Below are positions 37,711 through 47,616 of a stretch of DNA of 64,000 nt, in pieces. The stretch is from Ilumatobacteraceae bacterium (lineage in GTDB: Bacteria; Actinomycetota; Acidimicrobiia; Acidimicrobiales; Ilumatobacteraceae). A model generated the notes under the pieces. It was not told the origin of the DNA. It was given only the letters and a program-made list of their open reading frames with translations, and did not search any database. The position numbers and the translations under genes are program-made. The stretch is taken from the NCBI GenBank assembly GCA_033344875.1, contig JAWPMO010000001.1:829595-893594 (forward strand), in the 5' to 3' direction. Position 1 is the first letter of the stretch; each line of letters opens with the position of its first letter.

Positions 37711-39453
37711 TCAGTCGACGCGCGGGATCAGGCGCAGACCGAGTTCGGCCATCGCCTTGGGGTCACCGGGGATCGGACTGTTGGTCATCGGATCGGCACC
37801 GCTCTGCGTCTTCGGGAAGGCGATGACCTCGCGGATGTTCTCCTCGCCGGCGAGGATCGCGACGAGGCGGTCGAGACCGAATGCGAACCCGCCGTGCGGG
37901 GGTGCGCCGTACTCGAACGGGTTGAGGAAGAAGCCGAACTTCTTGTCGGCTTCCTCCGCCGAGATGCCGAGCGCGGTGAAGACCTTGCGCTGCAGTTCGG
38001 GCTCGTGGATTCGGATGCTGCCAGAGCCGAGTTCCCACCCGTTCAGCACCAGGTCGTAGGCGATCGAGCGCACCGACATCGGATCGGTGTCGAACTTGTC
38101 GATGTCGTCGGGGTGCGGCATCGTGAACGGGTGATGGCCCGACTTGGGCCGGCCCGTCTCCTTGTCGCGACCGACGAACAGCGGGAACTCGACGACCCAC
38201 ACGTACTTGTACGGCCCCTGGTGCACCGGGGGCCGTCCCAGATCGTTGCGCAGGGTGCCGAGCACCTCGCAGGTCGTCATCCACTCGTCGGCGACGATCA
38301 GGATCAGGTCGCCGGTCTCGGCAGCCATCGTCGCCTCGATCGCGACGACTTCGTCGTCGGACAGGAACTTCGCGACCGGCGAGTCGAATCCCTCGTCGGT
38401 GACCTTGAGCCAGACGAGACCCTTGGCCCCGAGCGACTTGGCCCGGTCGGTCAGCTTGTCGAGCTGGTTGCGCCCGTAGTCGCCGGCCGCGCCGTCGACC
38501 TTGATGCCCTTGATCGACTCGGCCGACGCGAACGCCTTGAACTCGGTGGCGGCGAAGATGTCGGTCAGCTCGGTGAGTTCCATGCCGAACCGGAGGTCGG
38601 GTTTGTCGATGCCGAAGCGCTCCATCGCCTCACGCCAGGTGATCCGCTCGATCGGGTCGGGCCGCTCCCCCGTGACCGCCTCGGCGGCGTCGAGCACCGC
38701 CACGCTGACGGCGTCGAGGACGTCGTCCTGATCGACGAAGCTCATCTCCATGTCGAGCTGCATGAACTCGTACTGACGGTCGGCGCGGAGGTCCTCGTCG
38801 CGCAGGCAACGAGCGATCTGGTAGTAGCGGTCGACGCCGCCCACCATCAGCAACTGCTTGAACAGCTGCGGTGACTGCGGCAGGGCGTAGAACGACCCCG
38901 GCTCCTTGCGGGCCGGCACCAGGAACTCACGCGCACCCTCGGGCGTCGACGGCACGAGCATCGGTGTCTCGACCTCGACGAAGTCCTGCCCGACCATCGC
39001 GTTGCGGACGGCGGCGTTGACCGCCGACCGGACGCGCAGATTCCTCTGCATGCGCTCGCGTCGCAGATCGATGTAGCGGTGCTGCAACCGGATGTTCTCG
39101 TCGACCTCGTCGGCACGGGCGTCGACCGGGAACGGTGGCGGGGTCGCCTTGCGGAGGATGGTGACCTCGCACTCACCGACCTCGATCTCACCGGTCGGCA
39201 GGTTGGGGTTGATCGTGCCATCGGGCCGCGCCCGCACGACGCCCTTGACCTGGATGACGTACTCGGAGCGCACGTCGACGTCGTCGTTGATCACGCACTG
39301 GGTGATGCCGGTGTGATCGCGGAGGTCGACGAAGGCGAGTTTGTCGCCGTGTTCACGCCGACGCCCGACCCAGCCCGTGAGGGCAACGGTCTGGCCGATG
39401 TGCTCGGAGCGGAGTTCGCCGCACTGGTGGGTGCGCATGCTGGTCGATGTCAT
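37711..39453 (-). CDS. aspS: Aspartate--tRNA ligase
   Basis: 580 aa. OB anticodon-binding N-terminus (RTHQCGELR...GWVGRRR) and class II motifs with a GAD insertion (FRAEDSRADRQ-like, GGGIDRL-type GLDRLV). Confidence 0.97.
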   Translation of the reverse strand: MTSTSMRTHQCGELRSEHIGQTVALTGWVGRRREHGDKLAFVDLRDHTGITQCVINDDVDVRSEYVIQVKGVVRARPDGTINPNLPTGEIEVGECEVTILRKATPPPFPVDARADEVDENIRLQHRYIDLRRERMQRNLRVRSAVNAAVRNAMVGQDFVEVETPMLVPSTPEGAREFLVPARKEPGSFYALPQSPQLFKQLLMVGGVDRYYQIARCLRDEDLRADRQYEFMQLDMEMSFVDQDDVLDAVSVAVLDAAEAVTGERPDPIERITWREAMERFGIDKPDLRFGMELTELTDIFAATEFKAFASAESIKGIKVDGAAGDYGRNQLDKLTDRAKSLGAKGLVWLKVTDEGFDSPVAKFLSDDEVVAIEATMAAETGDLILIVADEWMTTCEVLGTLRNDLGRPPVHQGPYKYVWVVEFPLFVGRDKETGRPKSGHHPFTMPHPDDIDKFDTDPMSVRSIAYDLVLNGWELGSGSIRIHEPELQRKVFTALGISAEEADKKFGFFLNPFEYGAPPHGGFAFGLDRLVAILAGEENIREVIAFPKTQSGADPMTNSPIPGDPKAMAELGLRLIPRVD

Positions 39454-40712
39454 TGGATTGCTTCCTGGATGCGTTGCTGGAGATCGGTGACGAGTTCGTC
39501 GCGTGCGACCGCGACCTGATCGGCCTGGGACCGGAGCGGACGGACGACCACGGTGCCGGCCTCGAGTTCGTCGGTGCCGACGATGACCGCGTAGGCGGCA
39601 CCGCTTCGGTCTGCGGCCTTCATCTGCGCCTTCATGCTGCGCTGCTCGTAGGCACGGTCGGCCGGGATGCCCGCCGAGCGCAGCTCGGTCGTGATCGCGA
39701 GCGCGTGTTCGCCACCGGTCGTGTCGATCACGAACGCGGCGACCGCCGGATCGGGAGCCGGGAACACGCCCTCGTCGTCGCAGGCGATCAACGCCCGCTC
39801 GACGCCGAGCGCGAAGCCGATGCCGGCGGTGGCCGGACCGCCGAGCGCTTCGACCAGACCGTCGTAGCGGCCGCCCCCGCCCAGCGCGTTCTGCGCTGAT
39901 TCGAGCGTGCCGCCCACGAACTCGAACGTGGTGTGGCGGTAGTAGTCGAGGCCGCGCACGAGCTTCATGTCGACCGTGTACGGGATGCCGAGGACGTCGA
40001 GTCCGGCTTGCACCGCCTCGAAGTGGGTGCGAGCGCCATCCGACCAGAACTCGGCGATCGTCGGCGCGTCGGCGATGATCGCCGCGTCCTGCGGGCGCTT
40101 CGAGTCGAGGACACGGAGCGGGTTCTTGGCCAGCGTGGTGCGGCTCTGGTCGGACAACCCGTCGGCGGCTTCGAAGTAGGCGCGGAGCGCCTCGATGTAA
40201 CGAGCACGGTCGTCGGGCTCACCGAGCGAGTTGACGACGAGCTGCACCTGCTGCAACCCGAGCCGTCGGTAGAACTCCCAGCCGAGCGCGATCACCTCGA
40301 CGTCGAGGTGCGGGTCGTCGACACCGAGCACCTCGATACCGACCTGGTCGAACTGGCGGTACCGGCCCCGTTGCGGCTTCTCGTAGCGGAAGTTCGGGCC
40401 GGAATACCAGGCTTTCCACGGGGTCACGGGACGGTGCTCGACGAACGCCCGGCAGACGCTGGCGGTCTGCTCGGGACGCAGGGCCACGTGGCGGTCGCCC
40501 TTGTCGACGAAGTCGTACATCTCCTTGGTGACGACGTCGGTCGCCTCGCCGATCCGGGTGAACACGCCGAGGTCTTCCATGATCGGCGGAATGATCTGCT
40601 GGTACCCCGCCGACTCGACGACATCGGCGAACACGGCGGTCACACGACGCCAACGAGCGGACTCGGGCGCGAGAACGTCGCGCATCCCGGGACTCGTCTG
40701 GAACGTGGGCAC
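39450..40712 (-). CDS. hisS: Histidine--tRNA ligase
   Basis: GTG 40712 gives VPTFQTSPGMRDVLAPE, 420 aa. Class II motifs (FRYEKPQRGRYRQF, GGGRYDGL). The upstream track extension is Arg-rich shadow. Confidence 0.95.
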   Translation of the reverse strand: MPTFQTSPGMRDVLAPESARWRRVTAVFADVVESAGYQQIIPPIMEDLGVFTRIGEATDVVTKEMYDFVDKGDRHVALRPEQTASVCRAFVEHRPVTPWKAWYSGPNFRYEKPQRGRYRQFDQVGIEVLGVDDPHLDVEVIALGWEFYRRLGLQQVQLVVNSLGEPDDRARYIEALRAYFEAADGLSDQSRTTLAKNPLRVLDSKRPQDAAIIADAPTIAEFWSDGARTHFEAVQAGLDVLGIPYTVDMKLVRGLDYYRHTTFEFVGGTLESAQNALGGGGRYDGLVEALGGPATAGIGFALGVERALIACDDEGVFPAPDPAVAAFVIDTTGGEHALAITTELRSAGIPADRAYEQRSMKAQMKAADRSGAAYAVIVGTDELEAGTVVVRPLRSQADQVAVARDELVTDLQQRIQEAIQ

Positions 40713-40774
40713 GGCTGACGAGGCTATCGCTACGACTGCGGTACGGCGTGGTGTCTTTGACCGGTCGAAGGGCG

Positions 40775-42994
40775 TCAGCGGCTGCCGGGAACGACGCGAT
40801 GCACGTCGTACACCGCATCGATGCGTTTGATCGTGTTGAGCACCGACCCGAGCTGGGCCGCGCTGGACATCTCGAACTCGAATCGCATCTTGGCGACCCG
40901 ATCGTTGCCGACGATCGTGTCGCAGCGGATGATGTTGACGCCCTGCTCGCCGACGGCGTTGGCGACGTCGCGCAGCAGCCGCGACCGATCGAGCGCGACG
41001 ACCTCGACACCGGCGGTGTACATCTCGTCGCGGCGATCGCCGTCCCACTCGACCTCGATCATCCGGGCGGCCTCGTCGTTGGCGAGGGTCATGGCGTTCG
41101 TGCAGTCGTGACGGTGGACGCTCACGCCGCGACCGCGGGTGACGTAGCCGATGATCTCGTCGCCGGGCACGGGCGTGCAGCAGTTGGCGAGCCGCACCAT
41201 CAGGTCGTCGAGGCCTTCGACGTGCACCCCGGTGGTCCCCGTGCCGTCGTCGTGGTGACGGCGTGGTTCGAACACCGTGGTCGGGAGCTGATCGGGCAGA
41301 TCGCCGCTGCGGAACAGCCGCTGGACCCGCTGGGCGACGCTGCGCGCCGACACGTGGTGCTCACCGATCGCCGCGAGGAAGGTGTCGACGTCGGTGTAGC
41401 TGTGTTCGACGATCACCTCGGCGAACTGCTCGGAGTTCCAGATCTTCTGCACCGGGAGCCCCTCGCGACGGAACTCGTCGGCGAGGTCGTCGCGACCCTG
41501 CGCGATCATGTCGTCGCGTCGCTCACGGCTGAACCACTGGCGGATCTTGTTCTGGGCTCGATGCGAGGCGACGAATCCGAGCCAGTCCTGCGACGGGCCG
41601 GCCGTGTCGACCTTCGAGGTGAAGATCTCGCAGGTGTCGCCGCTGTTCAGAGTGTCGTCGAGCGACACCAGTCGCCCGTTGACCTTGGCCCCGATGCAGC
41701 GATGTCCGACCTCGGTGTGCACGGCATAGGCGAAGTCGACAGGGGTCGAACCCACCGGCAGCGTGATGACCTTGCCCTTGGGCGTGAACACGAAGACCTC
41801 GTCGTGTTCGAGGTCGGTCTTCAGGTTCTGCATGAACTGGGCGGGATCGCTGACCTCGGCCTGCCAGTCGATGATGCGGTTCAACCAGTCGATGTCGTTG
41901 GCGTTGCCGTCGCCCTTGTACGCCCAGTGCGCAGCCACGCCGAGTTCGGCGCGCTGGTGCATCTCGCGGGTCCGGATCTGGACCTCGATCGGCCGACCCT
42001 CCGGCCCGATCACCGTCGTGTGCAGGCTCTGGTAGAGGTTGAACTTCGGCATCGCGATGTAGTCCTTGAAGCGACCGACCACCGGACGCCAGCGACCGTG
42101 GATGCTGCCGAGCGCGGCGTAGCAGTCCTTGATCGAGTCGACGATCACCCGAACCGCGACGATGTCGAAGATCTCGTCGAACTCGCGCCCCTTGACCACC
42201 ATCTTCTCGTAGACGCTCCAGAGGTGCTTGCCACGTCCGGTGATCTCCGCCTCGATGCCGAGTTCTTTCAGCCGGAGGCGCAGCTCGGACACCGCCTGCG
42301 CGAGGTAGACGTCGCGTTCTGGGGTCCGGGTGGCCACGAGATGGTCGAGTTCGGCGTACCGCTTGGGGTGGAGCGCCGCGAACGACAGGTCTTCGAGCTC
42401 CTGCTTGATCTCCTGGATGCCCAGGCGGTGCGCCAGCGGCGCATAGATGTCGAGCGTCTCCTGTGCGATCCGCTGCTGCTTCTCGAGCGGGATGCCACCG
42501 AGGGTGCGCATGTTGTGGAGTCGGTCGGCGAGCTTGATGACCAGGACACGGAGATCCTTCGCCATCGCCACGAGCATCTTGCGCATCGTCGCGGCCTGCT
42601 GCGCCTCGCGCGAGTCGAATCGGATCCGTTCGAGCTTCGTGACACCGTCGACGATCCATGCGACGTCGGAGCCGAAGTGCTGTTCGACGTCGCCGAGTTC
42701 GATCTCGGTGTCCTCGACGGCGTCATGCAGCAGCGCCGCGACGATCGAGGTCTCGTCGAGCCCGATGTCGGCGACGATCTTGGCGACGGCCAGCGGATGG
42801 TTGATGTAGCTCTCGCCACTCGAGCGGGTCTGCGAGCGGTGGGCCTCGGCGGCCATGTGGTACGCCCGATTGATCGTCTCGACGCGGGCCTTGGGGTGGT
42901 GGCGACGGTAGCTGGCGAGGAGCGGCGTCAGCTCCGTCGACGCCGCGGTCTCGTGATGTCGCCGCCACGGGAGGACACGATCGACCGTTGCCAT
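40775..42994 (-). CDS. relA: Bifunctional (p)ppGpp synthetase/hydrolase, RelA/SpoT (Rel) family
   Basis: HD hydrolase (HPLAVA...LLHDAVEDT), synthetase (RFKDYIAMPKFNLYQSLHTTV), and TGS and ACT C-terminal domains. Confidence 0.95.
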   Translation of the reverse strand: MATVDRVLPWRRHHETAASTELTPLLASYRRHHPKARVETINRAYHMAAEAHRSQTRSSGESYINHPLAVAKIVADIGLDETSIVAALLHDAVEDTEIELGDVEQHFGSDVAWIVDGVTKLERIRFDSREAQQAATMRKMLVAMAKDLRVLVIKLADRLHNMRTLGGIPLEKQQRIAQETLDIYAPLAHRLGIQEIKQELEDLSFAALHPKRYAELDHLVATRTPERDVYLAQAVSELRLRLKELGIEAEITGRGKHLWSVYEKMVVKGREFDEIFDIVAVRVIVDSIKDCYAALGSIHGRWRPVVGRFKDYIAMPKFNLYQSLHTTVIGPEGRPIEVQIRTREMHQRAELGVAAHWAYKGDGNANDIDWLNRIIDWQAEVSDPAQFMQNLKTDLEHDEVFVFTPKGKVITLPVGSTPVDFAYAVHTEVGHRCIGAKVNGRLVSLDDTLNSGDTCEIFTSKVDTAGPSQDWLGFVASHRAQNKIRQWFSRERRDDMIAQGRDDLADEFRREGLPVQKIWNSEQFAEVIVEHSYTDVDTFLAAIGEHHVSARSVAQRVQRLFRSGDLPDQLPTTVFEPRRHHDDGTGTTGVHVEGLDDLMVRLANCCTPVPGDEIIGYVTRGRGVSVHRHDCTNAMTLANDEAARMIEVEWDGDRRDEMYTAGVEVVALDRSRLLRDVANAVGEQGVNIIRCDTIVGNDRVAKMRFEFEMSSAAQLGSVLNTIKRIDAVYDVHRVVPGSR

Positions 42995-43001
42995 CGCGCT
43001 C

Positions 43002-43529
43002 CTAGAAGGCCGTCAGGCTCTCGACTCGCCGGCCGTCGAACCGGGCACGGCCTCCGAGTCCTTCGATCTCCAACAGGAACCCGAACCCGACGATGTCGCC
43101 ACCGAGGGTCTCGACCAGCCGACCGGTCGCCGCTGCGGTGCCGCCGGTGGCGAGCACGTCGTCGACCACCAGGATCTTCTCGTCGGGGCGGATGGCGTCT
43201 CGGTGGACTTCGAGCTTGTCGCGCCCGTACTCGAGGTCGTACTCCTCGCGGGCGACCGCCCACGGCAGTTTGCCCGGCTTGCGCACCGGGACGAATCCGG
43301 CTCGGAGCCGATACGCGACGGGTGCGGCGAGGATGAACCCTCGCGACTCGACGCCGACGACACGATCGACGTCGACATCGTGGAAGCGGGTCACAAGGTC
43401 GTCGACCGCACGACCGAAGGCGGCGGCGTTGCCGAGCAGCGGCGTGATGTCGCGGAACGTCACCCCGGGCTCGGGATAGTCCTCGATCGCCCGGATGTGG
43501 TCACGAACCCACAGTGCATCGACTCCCAT
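43002..43529 (-). CDS. apt: Adenine phosphoribosyltransferase
   Basis: 175 aa. PRPP motif ILVVDDVLATGGTAAA. Confidence 0.95.
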   Translation of the reverse strand: MGVDALWVRDHIRAIEDYPEPGVTFRDITPLLGNAAAFGRAVDDLVTRFHDVDVDRVVGVESRGFILAAPVAYRLRAGFVPVRKPGKLPWAVAREEYDLEYGRDKLEVHRDAIRPDEKILVVDDVLATGGTAAATGRLVETLGGDIVGFGFLLEIEGLGGRARFDGRRVESLTAF

Positions 43530-43567
43530 GCGCCGAGGTTACCGATCCGATGCCGCAGGCGGGCGGG

Positions 43568-44737
43568 TCAACGCCGCTTCTTCTTGCGTGGCCGCGGTGG
43601 GTGCGAGAGCGCCGAGGTGGCCTGTTTGGCGTCGGGTGGAGTGGCGTCGGCCGGCGGATCTGCGTCGTCGTCGTTGTCGGTCTTGGTCGACACCGCTGCC
43701 GCCCGGGTCCGACGACTCCCGATGTCGCCGGTGACGACCATCTCACGGAGCGCCTCGCCGACGGCTGGTTGCACGTTGCGTCCCTGCCAGGCCTCACTGC
43801 CCGACTTGAGGAGCCCGAGCAACGGGACGGCGAGGAAGATCGACGAGTAGGCGCCGATCACCATGCCGAGCAGCAGCGCGATCGCGAACTCCGCCAGGGT
43901 CGCCTGTCCGAGCAGGCCGGCACCGATCAGCAACAGCGAGATCACCGGGACCACCGACGAGATGCTCGTGTTGAGCGACCGCATCAGGACGTGGTTCATC
44001 GACACGTTGAGGATGTCGTCGTAGGGCGGCTTCTGGGCCGCGAATCGAGCCTCGTTCTCCTTCACCCGGTCGAACACGACGACGGTGTCGTACAGCGAGT
44101 ACCCGAGAATCGTCAGGAACGCGATCACGGTCGGCGGTGTGACGATGAACTGGAAGACCGAATAGATCCCGACCGCGATCACGATGTCGTGCAACATCGC
44201 CACGATCGCCGCCACCGCCATGCGCCACTCGAATCGGATCGACAGGTAGATCGCCACGATCGCGACGAAGACCAGGAGCGCCCGGACCGCGCTGTCGGTC
44301 ACCTCGCCGCCCCACGAGGCGCTCACCAGACTGACGTTGACGTCGTCGACGTCGACGCCGGCCGCCGTGGCGAACGCCTGGCGCAACTGGTTGCCGACCT
44401 CGGCCGGTTGGTCGCCGACCTGGACCTTCACGAAATCGATCGAGTCGGACGAGCGTTCCTGCAACCGTGCACCTTCGGTGGTCAACCCGTTCTCGACGAG
44501 CACGTCCTCTGCATCGGACACGGTGAACCCGTTGGTCGACGGGACGTCCCACGACACGCCACCGACGAAGTCGATGCCGAGGTTGAGCCCCTGTGCGAAC
44601 AGGGTGAGGACGGTGACGACGATGAGTGCGGCGGACACGCCGAAGCCGAACTTCTTGCGGCCGATGAAGTCGATCGCGGTCTGACCGTTGACGGCTCGGG
44701 TGAAGCCGCTCTCGGAGACGGACACGGGTGCGCTCAT
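43568..44737 (-). CDS. secF: Protein translocase subunit SecF (with Asp/Pro/Lys-rich C-terminal tail)
   Basis: ATG 44737 overlaps the secD stop (ATGA). IDFIGRKKFGFGVSA N-terminus and a 6-TM SecF pattern. Confidence 0.9.
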   Translation of the reverse strand: MSAPVSVSESGFTRAVNGQTAIDFIGRKKFGFGVSAALIVVTVLTLFAQGLNLGIDFVGGVSWDVPSTNGFTVSDAEDVLVENGLTTEGARLQERSSDSIDFVKVQVGDQPAEVGNQLRQAFATAAGVDVDDVNVSLVSASWGGEVTDSAVRALLVFVAIVAIYLSIRFEWRMAVAAIVAMLHDIVIAVGIYSVFQFIVTPPTVIAFLTILGYSLYDTVVVFDRVKENEARFAAQKPPYDDILNVSMNHVLMRSLNTSISSVVPVISLLLIGAGLLGQATLAEFAIALLLGMVIGAYSSIFLAVPLLGLLKSGSEAWQGRNVQPAVGEALREMVVTGDIGSRRTRAAAVSTKTDNDDDADPPADATPPDAKQATSALSHPPRPRKKKRR

Positions 44738-46077
44738 GACGTCGCTCCGATCGGGGCGGTGACTCCGGTGGCAGCTCGTCCGTCGCCGGCGAAACGACTG
44801 TTCGCGAACAGGAGGATCGCCGGGCGGATGAAGAACCAGCACACCAGGAGGTCGCAGATCGTCGTGAGGCCCACGTACAGCGCGAACCCCTTCACCGATC
44901 CGACGCTCAGCCAGAACAGGATCAGGGCCGACATCAGCCCGATCAGGTTGGCGGCGACGATCGTGCGCCAGGTCATGGCGAAGCTCCGCGGTGCGGCGTT
45001 GCTGAGGGCGCGACCCTGGCGGGTCTCGTCACGGAGCCGTTCGAAGAGCACGATGTAGGTGTCGACGGTGATGCCGATCGACACGATCACACCGGTGGCG
45101 CCGGCCAGGGTGAACGCGTAGTTGGTGGCTTGGGAGACGTACGTGGCGAGCAGGTAGACGGTGCCGGCCCAGACGACGAGGCCGCTCACGATCACGAACG
45201 CCAGACGACGGTAGAAGACGATCATGTACGCCAGCGTCAACGCGACGCCGAGAAGACCGGCGATGATCGCGGCGTCGAGCGAATCCTGTCCGGCCGTCGG
45301 CGACACGGTCTCGACGCGCTCCTGCACCATCTGGACCGGGAATGCGCCACGGTTGAGCACGCCGGCGAGCGAACGGGCTTCGTCCTCGGTGAAACGGCCG
45401 GTGATCGACACGCCGCTGTCGAACACGGGTTGGTTGACGTTGGGCGCCGACTGCACGACGTTGTCCAAGACGATCGCGAGCTGCCCGGTCTGACAGCCCG
45501 GCTGGGCTGCGAAGCACTGCGATGCGAGCGCGTTCCAGTCGTCGTTGCCGTCGCTGGTGAGGTCGACGGTGACCTGCCAGTTGCCGGTCTGGTCGAGGGA
45601 GACCCCGGCACTCTTGCGGACGAACACGTCGCCCTGGGCGCCCGACGGACCGACCGTGTAGGTCCGCCCGTCGATCCCGACGAGCGTGGCTCCGTCGGCG
45701 GCCGGGTCGGCCGACGGCTCGGCGATACCGGTCGCGAGCACGGGGCGGAGGTCGACGATGCCGGACACCGACACGGCGGCGAGCGCATCGTCCTGGTCGC
45801 GGACGCCGGGGAGGTCGACGATGACGTTGGTGCCCTCGACGCGCACGTCGGGTTCGGCGATGCCGGTCGATTCGAGCTGATCACGGACGAGGTCGCGGAC
45901 GAACTCGAGATCTTCGCTCGAGGTGCCGTCGATCTCGGGTGCGAGGATGACGCTCACGCCACCTCGCAGGTCGAGCCCCAGGACCGGGTGATTGTCGGCG
46001 GCGAGATTGAGGCCGAGCAGACCGACGACGAGCCCGATGAACAGGAGGACCGATGCCCAGAGGCCCGACTTCTTCAC
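44734..46077 (-). CDS. secD: Protein translocase subunit SecD
   Basis: 447 aa. N-terminal TM, P1 head domain (GLDLRGGVSVIL), C-terminal 5-TM bundle. Confidence 0.9.
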   Translation of the reverse strand: MKKSGLWASVLLFIGLVVGLLGLNLAADNHPVLGLDLRGGVSVILAPEIDGTSSEDLEFVRDLVRDQLESTGIAEPDVRVEGTNVIVDLPGVRDQDDALAAVSVSGIVDLRPVLATGIAEPSADPAADGATLVGIDGRTYTVGPSGAQGDVFVRKSAGVSLDQTGNWQVTVDLTSDGNDDWNALASQCFAAQPGCQTGQLAIVLDNVVQSAPNVNQPVFDSGVSITGRFTEDEARSLAGVLNRGAFPVQMVQERVETVSPTAGQDSLDAAIIAGLLGVALTLAYMIVFYRRLAFVIVSGLVVWAGTVYLLATYVSQATNYAFTLAGATGVIVSIGITVDTYIVLFERLRDETRQGRALSNAAPRSFAMTWRTIVAANLIGLMSALILFWLSVGSVKGFALYVGLTTICDLLVCWFFIRPAILLFANSRFAGDGRAATGVTAPIGATS

Positions 46078-46451
46078 GAGGCGTCGTCTTCGTCGTCGCC
46101 TGACGCTGCGGAGGACTTGGCCGAGTCGTCGTCGGCGTCGGTGTCGTCCGACGGCTTGACCTTGCCCTGGATCGCCGCTCGAGCGATGCGGACCTGCACG
46201 TCGTCGTCGATCTCGAGCCAGAAGAGGTCGTCTTCTTCACCCGTGATGAAGCCGTACAGGCCCGAGCTCGTGATGACCTCGTCGCCGACGCCGAGGGCCG
46301 ACTGCATCGCGGCCTGCTCCTTCATCCGCTTGCGCTGCGGCCGGATGAGGAAGAAATACATCGCGAACGGGATCAGCAGCAGGACGAGCAGCGAGGTGAT
46401 ACCCCCGCCGCTGTTGTCGGAGTCTTGGGCCAAGATCGAAAGTGCATGCAT
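46074..46451 (-). CDS. yajC: Preprotein translocase subunit YajC (with acidic C-terminal extension)
   Basis: ATG 46451. Single TM plus the FFLIRPQRKRMKEQ signature. The stop overlaps the secD start by 4 nt. Confidence 0.85.
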   Translation of the reverse strand: MHALSILAQDSDNSGGGITSLLVLLLIPFAMYFFLIRPQRKRMKEQAAMQSALGVGDEVITSSGLYGFITGEEDDLFWLEIDDDVQVRIARAAIQGKVKPSDDTDADDDSAKSSAASGDDEDDAS

Positions 46452-46504
46452 AGCGGTCGGCAAGCCTAGCGACGCTCGCTCGCGGTTCGTGCGAGGGTGT
46501 CGGG

Positions 46505-47605
46505 TCAGTCGGCCCAGACGGAGAGGACGTCGGAGCGCAGCGATTCGAACGTTCCGTCGAGGATCGCGGCCCGCATCCGGTTCATGAGGTCGATCGTCCA
46601 CGCCACGTTGTGGAGGCTCACGAGCCGCGACGCGGTGGGTTCACCGACCTTGAACAAGTGGCGCAGGTAGCCGCGCGAGTGGCGTCCGCACACCGTGCAC
46701 CCGCAGGTCGCATCGAGCGGCTCGTCGCTCAGCGTGAACTCCTGACGCTTCACGTTGAGGCGACCGTCCGACGTCAGCGCCGTGCCGTGCCGGCCGAGGC
46801 GGGTCTGCATCACGCAGTCGAACTGGTCGACGCCGAGCGCGACCGCCTCGACGAGCGATGCCGGGTCGCCGACACCCATCAGGTAGCGGGGCCGGTCGGT
46901 CGGGAGGTGTTCGAGCGCGGCGGCGAGCGCCGGCAGCATCTCGGCCCGGGTCTCGCCGACCGACAGACCGCCGATGCCGTAGCCGTCGAACTCCAGGGCC
47001 GCGGTCCGCTGCGCGCTCTCGGCCCGCATCGTCTCGCTCACCCCGCCCTGGACGATGCCGAACAGCGCCTGGTCGGCTCGGGTGTGGTGCGCCCGGGCAC
47101 GCGCCGCCCACGCCGACGTCCGCTCGACCGCGAGTCGGATCACCTCCGGCGGGCTCGGCAGGGGCGGGCACACGTCGAGCACCATCTGGATGTCGGCGCC
47201 GAGCAACCGCTGGGTCTCGACCGCCAACTCCGGCGTGAACCGGTGTGTGGTGCCGTCGTACGTGCTCTGGAAGGTGACACCGTCGTCGTCGACCTTCGGC
47301 TCGAGCGAGAACACCTGGAAACCGCCCGAGTCGGTGAGCGTCAGCCCACGCCACCCGGCGAATCGGCCGAGTCCTCCGAGCGCAGCGACCGTCTCGGCGC
47401 CCGGGCGCATCATCAGGTGGTACGTGTTACCGAGGACGATCTGGGCGCCGAGCGCCTCGTAGTCCTCGGCGCTCAGGTACTTGATCGCACCCCGGGTTCC
47501 GACGGGCATGAACAGCGGGGTCGTATAGCTCCCGTTGGCCGTGGTCGCCGTTCCGGCGCGCGCCGAGCCGTCGGTCGCTTCGGTCTCGAACTCGACGGCG
47601 TGCAC
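46505..47605 (-). CDS. tgt: tRNA-guanine transglycosylase (queuine tRNA-ribosyltransferase)
   Basis: FMPVGT, LTDSGGFQV, GIGGLSVGE, and zinc site CTVCGRHSRGYLRHL. Confidence 0.95.
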   Translation of the reverse strand: MHAVEFETEATDGSARAGTATTANGSYTTPLFMPVGTRGAIKYLSAEDYEALGAQIVLGNTYHLMMRPGAETVAALGGLGRFAGWRGLTLTDSGGFQVFSLEPKVDDDGVTFQSTYDGTTHRFTPELAVETQRLLGADIQMVLDVCPPLPSPPEVIRLAVERTSAWAARARAHHTRADQALFGIVQGGVSETMRAESAQRTAALEFDGYGIGGLSVGETRAEMLPALAAALEHLPTDRPRYLMGVGDPASLVEAVALGVDQFDCVMQTRLGRHGTALTSDGRLNVKRQEFTLSDEPLDATCGCTVCGRHSRGYLRHLFKVGEPTASRLVSLHNVAWTIDLMNRMRAAILDGTFESLRSDVLSVWAD

Positions 47606-47616
47606 GTCGAGCGAGG

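Noticed and set aside
40748-43336. 862-aa plus-strand ORF.
   Set aside because: It is antisense to relA and apt, and is Asp/Arg/Val/Gly-rich without motifs. It is a shadow ORF.
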